DNA from: an uncultured delta proteobacterium
GTDB taxonomy: Bacteria > Desulfobacterota > Desulfobacteria > Desulfobacterales > QNYZ01
DNA: 64,000 bases
Direction of reading: 5' to 3'
Assembly (NCBI GenBank): GCA_963845145.1
Contig: CAWJQU010000002.1
Coordinates: 576,001-640,000, forward strand
Below are positions 39,885 to 50,062 of the stretch, piece after piece. The notes under the pieces are model-generated. The model was not told where the DNA came from and made no database searches. It worked only from the letters and a program-made list of their open reading frames with translations. Made by a program: the position numbers and the translations under genes. Numbering within the stretch: position 1 is the stretch's first letter; the number at the start of each line of letters is the position of its first letter.

Positions 39885-40173
39885 ATTTTAGTCGCTCTCA
39901 ATATTAAATAACAGATATCCAAGTTTAAAAAAACACTCCAGGCTCCAAACTGAATGCCCGTTATCTATTCCAAAAATTATCCCATTTGAAAAATAGCCAA
40001 TTCACATACCGCCAATTATTTGACCCAAATGTTATCAAAAATGACCACATTAAGTATTAATAGCGGCAGAGCATGTTGACCTGCGATGGGATTTAGATTA
40101 TTAGATTACTCTCCTCTGCCTCCAGCCAGAGCACTACAGCGCACTCGAAAAATAATCAAAGGGAGCATTTCTT

Positions 40174-43100
40174 ATGGTAAAAGGTAAACCCCGTTGCCCA
40201 ATTGCTGTCATTGGAATGGCTTGCAGGTACCCTGGGGCCAGCACGCTCACAGAGTTATGGGAAAACATCCTCACAAAACGCCGCCAGTTTAGACGAATAC
40301 CGGATTGCCGCACACCCCTTAGCGATTATTATCATGTTGACCCTAAAAAACCCGACAAGTCCTACCTAAAACATGCGGCTGTCATCGATGGTTTCAATTT
40401 CGATTGGAAAAAACGCCATATCCCCTATTCTACCTATCAATCCACAGATATAGTTCATTGGATAGCCTTAGAAATTGCGATGGCAGCAATGGCAGATGCT
40501 GGATATATCCGAGAGTCAATAAATGGCAGGCGAACAGGCGTTATTGTTGGAAATACCCTGACCGGGGAACATACCAGGTCTAACACCATGCGTTTGCGAT
40601 GGCCGTTTGTGAGACGCGCGCTACATGTCGCAGCCAAAGCGGAAGGTATTCGAAAAGAAACGATTGTAATGATGAAAGTCTAAGAAAAATATTATAAATC
40701 AGTATTACCATCGATTAATGAAGATAGCCTTGCCGGGGGCCTTTCGAACACCATCGCCGGCCGCATTTGTAATTATTTAGATCTTGGTGGAGGCGGATAT
40801 ACCGTAGACGGGGCTTGCTCTTCATCTCTTATCGCGATCGCCACAGCCGCTACTGGCTTAATGAACCGGGATCTTGATCTTGCGCTCGCCGGTGGTGTCG
40901 ATATCAGCCTTGACCCTTTTGAAATTATCGGGTTCGCGAAAGCTGGCGCCCTCACGCCTGATGAAATGAGAGTTTACGATCGTAGGGCTAACGGATTTTT
41001 ACCCGGTGAGGGCTGCGGTTTTGTTCTGTTGAAAAGACTCGAAGATGCAAAAAAAGACAATAACGATATCTATGCCATATTACATGGCTGGGGACTTTCT
41101 TCCGATGGACGTGGCGCCAGCATCACGGCTCCGAACGCCAAAGGACAAGCCCAGGCTATTCGACGGGCATACGACCGCGCACCATTCAGCATCAAGCATG
41201 TTAATTTCATTGAGGGACATGGGACTGGTACTGCGGTGGGCGATAAGGTAGAATTGGAAGGTATCGCCCGGTCAATTGATGATTCGCCAATTCGTGGCGG
41301 AGCGATATGCATTTTTGCGGAATGACTTCGCTAAAGTCAATTATCGGTCATACCAAGGCAGCAGCCGGAGTGGGTGCCTTTATAAAAGCGGTTATGGCGG
41401 TAAACCGCCGCATACTACCCCCCACAGCAGGCTGCCAGAACCCCCATCCAGATTTTAAGAACAGCAAAGCTCTCTACCCAATCATTACGGGAAAGCAACG
41501 GACTCACATAAAACCTTAAGGCAGGCATATCAGCCATGGGCTTTGGCGGAATCAACTGCCATGTATGCATCGAATCTGCCGGCTCACCAAGCCTGAAATT
41601 TGCCCCTTCGATCAAAGAGCAGTATCTTTTGGCTTCCAGCCAGGAAACCGAGGTATTTCTATTCCGGTCATTCGGCAAAAGATCTATCCCATCAACTTGA
41701 AAACCTTAACCGTGAAGTATTAGACATAAGTCTGGCCGAGATGACTGATTTGGCCCATGATTTGGTTAAAAAAGCCGATTTTCAAGGAAAATTTCCGGAT
41801 AGCTATTGTTGCCAATCATCCAGAACGTTTCAGAAAAAACGAATCGATCAATTAGGCTTCTCAACGAAAACCCATTTGGCAAAGGTAAAATTTGGCAGGA
41901 CCTAAAAAAACAAATCTGGGTCAGCAATCAAATGGCTGCGCCTCGCATCGGATTTTTATTTCCCGGCCAAGGGAGCCAACAATTGAATATGGCTCAATGC
42001 CTGACTGATCGGCATGATTGGGCTCGCGATATTATAAAAAATGCGGATCAATTATTAACAAGCGATGGCCATGAACCCATCAGCACAATCGTATACCGCA
42101 ACCCGACCCCAAGCTGGGCTCAGAGCAATCAGGAGAGTGGGCTCGAACACTAGCGCGAACGGAATACGCCCAACCTGCAATTTGTCTGGCTTCGCAATTG
42201 TGGCTGAAATGGCTGGAGAGAGCAGGTATTCAACCAACGGCCGTCGGTGGCCACAGTTTGGGCGAACTGACTGCCTTTCATGCTGCCGGCGCTTTTGATG
42301 TCGATACACTGATCCGTTTCTCAGGATACAGGGGACAAATTCTTGCTAAGCTGTCGAAAAAGGTGGTGCGATGATCAGCCTGCGGTGCTCAAAAAAACAG
42401 GCCGAAGACTTACTTAACAAAGTAACTCATTACGCAACGATAGCCAATATTAATTCACCTCGACAGGTAGTTATTTCTGGAGAAAATTTAGCTATCAAGC
42501 AGGTTTCTAAACTTGCCGCCGAAGCTGCGATTCCGGCTTAGCGTCTCGCAGTCGCTAACGCTTTCCATTCAAAGGTAGTTGCCGCTGCCACGAAGGCCAT
42601 AAAAAGAAGAGGCTGTTTTACCTTTCGCGTTACCGAACTTTCTTGCCACTTATTTAACGGTATTGATGGCCACGAAATCACTTCGAAACAGGAGCTGAAA
42701 ACCTATTTTGCTGATCAAATTGTAGCTCCAGTAGACTTCCTCTGCCATGATTCAATCCATGACAAATTATGCGATCTGTTTATTGAGGTCGGGCCAGGCC
42801 AAGCCCTTTCGGGAATGGTTAATGAGATCAATAAAGACACCGGTCCGTTTTGCCTTCCTGTAGAATCTTCACCGGGAAGAGACAACGATGTTAATCAGCT
42901 CCTAGCAACTTTATTTGTTCATGGAGTAGACATCAATTGGGATACGATTTACGAATCTCGTCTATCACGGCCATTTATAAAACCTTCTGAACGGCTTTTC
43001 TTTGAAAATCCTTGTGAACGGGCGTTTGATTCTCATGTTTCAATGGCCTCAACAACTGGGGCCCCTACAGCTGAAACATTAGAATCGCTTTTTACTGGCC

Positions 43101-46100
43101 TTGGAAATATTTCCAAGGATAAGATAGAAGGATACCTGAAAACCAGAGGCTCTTTTCTTGCCCGTATCATTCAAGCTGATATGGAGTTTTCTCCACCAGA
43201 ATATTGGGTTCAACCTCCATTAAAAAATCAGCATGAAAACGCTGTCATATCCGATGAAACCAAGGAGGCATTTTCGGATACTGACAAATCGATAGAATCA
43301 ATTTTGTTCGACACAATTGAATTGATTACCGGATTTAAAAAAGGCACAATCACATCGGACATGCGGCTATTGGATGACTTAAATCTTGACTCCATTAAAA
43401 TCGGGGATCTCTTAACCAGAGTTGCCACGGCTGCAAAAATAGCAGGCGAAATTCCTCCTCTTGATTTTGAAAATTTGACTCTTGAGCAAATAACCCAAAA
43501 ATGAACCTGGCAAATCAGGGATAAGGACTCCATTAAAACCGGATATCCTCCAAGGTAATTGACCAAATCGCTAATTTGATAGGCATTTCGCCTAATGATA
43601 TCAATGTTGATGCATTGTTAAAAAAGACTTAAGGTCAGCAAAACCCAACTCAAAAAGATATTGCCGGGCTTGTCTGATCGAATCAAGGTGGATATTCATG
43701 TGGATCTGGAACCTCTGTTAAAACGCACCTTGCGACAAATAGCCTCCATCCTAGAGCGACTATACGACCAACAACAAGCACCACAAACGATTCCGCTCAT
43801 GACTCACCGCTCACCTTGGACTCGTGAATTTTATGTTTCAATATCTCCCAATCCAACTCCAAAACAACCTACAGCGAGTCAAAAACGCATTGAAGATGAT
43901 TGGCTATGTGAATGCATTGTTTTAGCCGATAACCCAGAAAATGAAACTGCCATGGCCATGGCAGAGAAACTATCCGGACTAGGGGCTAGGGTTGATATAG
44001 AAACACATAACTCCGTTAGAAAAAAATCTAACGGGGCAATGAATATACTCACTTTAATAATATTCTTCCGAGCAATAATGAATCTATGATCCCTATACGA
44101 TATTAATTTTCAGGAAATAATCACTAGACTTGTTGGACCTACAGCTATTTCGCCAGCTTCGCAAGCCCCTCGACGCAGAAATACAGTCGCATATCTTCAG
44201 TTTGGGGGTGGATATTTCGGTACTCTTCAAGAAACAATTTAAACCATTTTTGCGACAACAGCGTTAGCGGCAAGTATCCATCAAGAGCGATCCGACCTAA
44301 GAGTCAGGGTGATTGATTTTTCATAAGATTTATCTCTAGATAATATTGCCGATAAAACTATCGTAGAAACCAGTACTACAGAATCATTTTCTGCCGTAGG
44401 GTATGATGCGAAACTTACTCGACGAGAAAGATTCCAACACCTAACAGAACCCGGTACTATAAAGCTCGCCCATTAACCTGGAACAAAGAAGATGTTATTT
44501 TAGTCACGGGCGGGGCTAAAGGTATTACAGCCGAATGCGCCTTGGCATAGCACGGACGTGCGGGGCAAAGATGGCCTTAATGGGACGATCACCCTCCCCT
44601 AATTGCCTGCAAGATCAAATCTTTTAGATAAAGTATCGAATACCTTGAAAAGATATTCCAATCAAAATTTAACGGCTCGATACTATAGTTGCGATATTAG
44701 CAACCGTAAATCAGTTAATACCCTTGTAGAAAAAATAAGTAAGGAAATGGGTCAAATTACGGGTGTTATCCATGGCGCGGGCTTAATTTACCCAATAAGG
44801 CTAATCAAGTTTCTATAGATGAAGCAATACAGGAAGTAAACCCAAAGGTGATAGGCGCTTTGAATCTTATGTCAGCTCATAGACTCCTTACCACCAAAGC
44901 TATTTATCGGCTTGACATCCATTATCGGAATCACCGGACTACCAGGGAATGCATGGTATGGTTTCTCTAACGAGGCCCTAGATATTGTCTTACGTCGATT
45001 TGAACAAGTAATACCCAAAACTCGCACTCTCTCCATTGCGTACAGCATTTGGCAGGATGAGGGGATGGGTGCTCGAATGGGAAGCGTTGATTCTCTGAAA
45101 TATCGTGGTATATCAGCTATTCCAACAAAAGAGGGCGTAGAACGTTTTATTCGTTTATTTTTCTATGATCCGGGAGTTCACCAAATAATTGTTGCCGCCC
45201 GCTTACCAGGCGTAGACACATTGAGGTTTGAACCAAAAAGTAACCATTTGAATGCCAGATTTCTTGAGAAACCGATTCATATAACCCCCGGTGTTGAATC
45301 TGTCTTCCGGGTACACTTATCATTAGACACAGACCTCTACTTGAAGATCATGAATTCGAAGGGTCCTACTTATTCCCAGCCGCCTTTGGTTTAGAAGCAA
45401 TGGCACAAGCTGTTGCTCATGTGACCGGAATTTCTGATTTTGATCGCGTTCGAATCGAGAACATTAAGCTTTCACGCCCAATAATAGTGGATCCGGATGC
45501 AGGAACAGAAATACTGGTCTGGGCAGAAGTAGATGTTCAAATTACTGATTCTGCACTTACCATCATTCGCGCAGGAATTTATCAACCTGGCATCCGTGCA
45601 GATACCGATTCTTTCGAAGCTACATTTATTTTAGGTTTACATAAAAAACAACCAAAATATATAATAAAACTACCTAATCATCCTATTGACATTAATCCTA
45701 TCTCAGACCTGTATCGTAAAACACTCCTTTTTCAAGGCCCCCTTTTTCAACAGATTCGAAAAGTTTGGTCGCTTGAGTCCGCAAATGAAAACGGCCGTTC
45801 TATTCTTACAGTGTACAAAAAAGATAAAAAGCAATCAGGATCTATCTCATTTGCGGGCAACGATAAATATATTTTAATACTAGAAGATTCCTTTTATCTT
45901 GATGCTCTTTTGCAATCACCTGCGATTTTAATCCCACAGGACACTTCACTACCTATAAAAATTGATTGTATCGATATTTTCTCTAACAATGGTATCGGAA
46001 AAAAACCAACTATCGGCAACCTGACTGCATCTGTAGAAATTTTAGCAAAAACCCATAAAGAGGTAAAAGCACTTATAGTGGTGACAGATCCTAAAGGAAA

Positions 46101-47927
46101 TGTCATGGGCCGTCTTGAGGGCTATCGCCTGCGTGTTATATCACATCATGAAGATTATCCTACAGTACATGATCTTCTAAATCCCCAATCGCGCGACAGC
46201 ATGTTAATACAGAAAGAATTAGATTTATATGCAAAATATCTCAATCTACAAGTACCCAGCGCTTGTATCGTTTATTCACAAAATTACCATAAAATAAAGA
46301 AAGTTGATAGAAATCGCTTCTTAGTTCCAAATATAATTAGTACCGTGCAACGGTATCAGGGCAAATCATCGAACTTATCCTCTGAGACAATCAAGATTAA
46401 ATGGTCAAGAAAGGGCCATCCAATAGTTATTTCAGATGATAAATCCGATATTAATATTTCAACATCACATGATGGTCGTTTAAGCTTAATCGTTGCAGGG
46501 AAATGGCCACAAACGTGCAATATTAAACGATTTATAACCAAATCTCGAGAAGAATGGATAAAAGAAATTTCTTTAGCGGGAAATTCTTTTTATGATTTTT
46601 TTAAATCTGTAAAAAATATTGAAGACTCTTGTAATTTAATCGGCAATCAAATTATAGCTTGCGCTGATTTACTAAGAGCATCAAACAATAAAGACTTCAA
46701 GTCTTTTAAGCTTTATAAGAAAGTTGGTGACTCACTTCTTTTTAGAAACGAAATGAACAACAAGGAAATGGTAATTACTTTCCCAATATCCTTTACAAGG
46801 GGGATAAAACGAATTATTGCCTGTTATGTTAAAAACATAACTAGCGTTGCATACCAGCATCAATCGGTTAGATATAGTGGTTATGATGATATAATAGAAA
46901 AAAAAGAAATAACATCATTAGTGGTGGACCCCAAGGTCAAGACATATTTGTACATCGAATTCCTCTTTGTTTTAGGCCAAGTGCACAACTTAGCCGCACA
47001 GTCTATTTTTCCAATTATTTTTTCTGGGCTGGTGAAGCTCGTGAAACATCAGCGTGGCCTGTATTAAGTGACATTAAGAGTGAATTTTCCAGCGGAAAAT
47101 GGGGTGCAGTCACCAATCAAACTCATTTGCTTTTGCTTGGCGAGGCGACTACAAGTGACCAGATAGAAGTCTGGCTATGGGCTTCAGGAAATAGCGGGCC
47201 TTTCAATTCAGTAACAGAATTGACTTTCGATTTTAGAAAAATATTACCGAATGGTAAATTTGAACGTATTGCTTGGTTAGAGCAACAAACTACATGGGTT
47301 GAAATCGTTGATCATGGTGTCGTAAATCCGGCTCAATATCCAGACTACTATATGAAATTTGTGAATGACATGCTTCCTAAATATGACGCGCCCAATGCTC
47401 CTGAACCATTGCCGGAACCAGTCGCTCATCTACATTTGAATGACCTTGAACCAATGATTTACCATGCGCCTAAAGGCCCATATATCCAACCTCGACTTTA
47501 TGAACAAACCGTTTACACCTCCTTATCAGATGCCAATATTGTTGGAAATATTTACTTTGCCCACTATTATACATGGCTGGGTGATACTAGGGATCGATAT
47601 TTTTTTCAGATAATCCCGGAATACTACCGTGGTATCGGTGAAAAGGGTGAGTTCTTATGTACGGAATGTCATGTCACTCACCTTCGAGAAGCCATGCCTT
47701 TTGACCGTATTAAGATTACCATGGCCCTCAAAAAGCTTACTAGAACCCATATTATGTTGTACTTTGAATTCTTTCGAATGGAAATCGACGGCACGAAAAC
47801 TAAACTCGCTTACGGGGAACAAACCAATGTTTGGGTAAAGCGAGATACTAAAGGAAAACCTAAAGCGACACCTTTTCCGAAACCTTTAGAAAACGCATTT
47901 AACCGTGCAATCTCGCTTCTAAACTGA
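40174..47927 (+). pseudogene. Enediyne-type (PKSE-like) iterative type I PKS, KS-AT-ACP-KR-DH-(PPTase-like), with C-terminal tandem hot-dog thioesterase; multiply frameshifted as sequenced
   Basis: KS 'GNTLTGEHTRSNTMRLRWPFVRR', 'EDSLAGGLSNTIAGRICN..GGGYTVDGACSSSL', 'EGHGTGT', 'GHTKAAAG'. AT 'FPGQGSQ', 'GHSLGE' (~42249), 'NAFHS'. ACP 'RLLDDLNLDSI'. KR 'VTGGAKGIT', 'GNAWYGFSNE'. DH 'DH..EGSYLFPAAFGLEAMAQ', 'LFQGPLFQ'. TE 'DANIVGNIYFAHYYTWLGDTR'. Confidence 0.88.
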
Positions 47928-48076
47928 AAAATAGATAATATATTTGAGCTATAAAGTAGACTCCGGATTTAATCTGAATTTTGGTGGTCTGATGTTAAAT
48001 CTTCGTGATTACCCAATAAGAAATACTGGCCATACCCCAAAAACAACATAGGTAATTGTCCGGTCTCTCCAACTGA

Positions 48077-49084
48077 TCAAAAGATAGAACTATTTAGATT
48101 AACAACCATCCGTCCTTTTAGCTTCCCTTTCAAAATAAGCTCAATATTTTCATTCAAGCCATCCAGGCTCGTTTCAACCATTAGACTGCCGAGATCGACC
48201 TTCCAAGGGTCGGCCAATTTTTCCCAGATCTGTTGACGTATATTCATGGGGCAGGTCTGAGAATTAATTCCGATAAGGCGGGCACCCCTTAAGATAAAGG
48301 GGAACACCGTCGTGTTGAGTTCATGGGAGGCCACATTGCCGCAGCAGGTTACCGTTCCACCCGTGCGTATTGATTTTATGGCGGTGGCCAGGATTTCACC
48401 GCCCACCGTGTCGATCACACCCGCCCAGCGCTCCTTTAAAAGCGGTCGACCGGACGAATCCGTGGCCTCATCGCGGGAAATAACTTTAGCGGCGCCTATA
48501 TCGTGCAGAAATTGGGTTTCTTTTTCTTTTCCGGTCACCGCCACGACTTCAAATCCCAAACGGGCAAGAATGGAGACGGCCATACTGCCCACCCCCCCGG
48601 ATGCGCCCGTCACCAGAACCTTGCCTTGTTCCGGCACCACACAATGGTTTTCCAGTTCAAAAACCGATAGACCCGCCGTAAAACCGGCGGTTCCGTAAAC
48701 CATACTCTCTTTTAATGTCAGATTATCCGGAAGATTGACCACCCATTCGGCCGGCACCCGGATATATTGTCCGAATCCACCGGATGTATTCATGCCCAGA
48801 TCGTAACTGGTCACAATCACCTCATCGCCGACGTTAAAATCCGGGCTGACGCTCTCTTCCACAATACCAGCGGCATCGATCCCCGGCGTGTGCGGATATT
48901 TCCTCGTGACCCCTTTGTTTCCAGTAGCCGAAAGCGCGTCTTTGTAATTCAAGGAGGAATGGCCGACTCTCACAAGGACCTCCCCTTTTGGCAAATCATC
49001 GATTGAACGGTGGGTAATTGTGCGCTTAAATCGTTTATCCTCGGTTTCAGTTACCACCATTGCCTCAAACTGTTTAGTATTCAT
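48077..49084 (-). CDS. YhdH/YhfP (AcuI-like) NADPH quinone oxidoreductase / acryloyl-CoA reductase family
   Basis: 'SSLNYKDAL', 'YGTAGFTAGL', 'VTGASGGVGS' and 'VFPFILRG'. Confidence 0.92.
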   Translation of the reverse strand: MNTKQFEAMVVTETEDKRFKRTITHRSIDDLPKGEVLVRVGHSSLNYKDALSATGNKGVTRKYPHTPGIDAAGIVEESVSPDFNVGDEVIVTSYDLGMNTSGGFGQYIRVPAEWVVNLPDNLTLKESMVYGTAGFTAGLSVFELENHCVVPEQGKVLVTGASGGVGSMAVSILARLGFEVVAVTGKEKETQFLHDIGAAKVISRDEATDSSGRPLLKERWAGVIDTVGGEILATAIKSIRTGGTVTCCGNVASHELNTTVFPFILRGARLIGINSQTCPMNIRQQIWEKLADPWKVDLGSLMVETSLDGLNENIELILKGKLKGRMVVNLNSSIF

Positions 49085-49247
49085 ATTGATGGTCTCCTTT
49101 CGGCCGGTTTTCGTTACTGATTAGATGTCGAAACCAGGCGATCATATTTACCATTTGATAATAGCGGGAAAATTGATATAAGTACATGATAATTCAATTT
49201 TTATGCGACCGCGTCTTTCATTGCTTCCAAGGACCTAAACACACACC

Positions 49248-50024
49248 ATGGAAAAACCGATTCACTTCAATAACAATCAAGGGGAAAAAATAACCGGATC
49301 ATTGCATCTTCCCGCCACCAGTACGGATCGCGGTATCATTCTGGCCCATTGCTTTACCTGCTCCCGGCATACAAGCATTTTAAGGCAATTGGGCCATGAC
49401 TTTGCCAAGGCCGGGTTTATGGCACTGCGGTTCGACTTTTCGGGAAACGGCCAAAGCGAGGGCGAATTCGCTCAATCGACTTTTACCAAACAGAGATCCG
49501 AGATAATAATGGCCTCGGATCTGCTTTCCAGCCATGGCGTACGACGTATTGGGCTGGCTGGTCACAGTATGGGGGCCGTCATTTCATTGCTGGCAGCGAC
49601 TAAAATCGAGGCGGTAAAAGCTGTTTGTACCATTGCCGGGAGGCTATCGGGAGATAGGCCTACACATTTTTTTACCCAAGACCAGAAAAATAATCTCGAG
49701 AAAACCGGTAAAGTCGAATTCATCAGCCGCGGCCGGCCCTTGATGATGACCCGTGACTTTTTTGCCGATGCCGACCAATTCGATCTTCCCGCAACTATTT
49801 CTCACTTGGGGGTGCCGCTTTTAATTATCCATGGCGATCAGGACGAAATTATTTCGGTTGACGAGGCTTACATGGCGCATAAACTAAATACCGAGAACAT
49901 TGCGCTGGCCATCATTCCGGGCGCAGACCATATGTTCAGCAATAAAGACCACCGAACGGCTACGGCCGAACAAATCGTCACATGGTTTCAACAGCAACCT
50001 GCCCTTGCTAATCGGAGTGGCTAA
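49248..50024 (+). CDS. Alpha/beta hydrolase
   Basis: 'LAHCFTCS', 'RFDFSGNGQSEG', nucleophile 'GHSMG', 'IIHGDQD' and 'GADHMF'. Confidence 0.9.
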   Translation: MEKPIHFNNNQGEKITGSLHLPATSTDRGIILAHCFTCSRHTSILRQLGHDFAKAGFMALRFDFSGNGQSEGEFAQSTFTKQRSEIIMASDLLSSHGVRRIGLAGHSMGAVISLLAATKIEAVKAVCTIAGRLSGDRPTHFFTQDQKNNLEKTGKVEFISRGRPLMMTRDFFADADQFDLPATISHLGVPLLIIHGDQDEIISVDEAYMAHKLNTENIALAIIPGADHMFSNKDHRTATAEQIVTWFQQQPALANRSG

Positions 50025-50062
50025 CCGGAGCGAATAACCGGAGCGAATAAGAGGATGGCAAA

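Noticed and set aside
43540..43770. Second ACP domain in the PKS
   Set aside because: The spacing and helical pattern are suggestive, but the segment is frameshifted and no clear DS attachment motif can be read.
46895..46910. Programmed -1 frameshift at A-AAA-AAA joining the PKS and TE
   Set aside because: It is possible in principle, but it is one of many indels in this block and no stimulatory structure is evident. A homopolymer error or mutation is simpler.
40174..47927. A complete enediyne antibiotic cluster
   Set aside because: No E3/E4/E5, tailoring, resistance or transport genes flank the PKS within the window.
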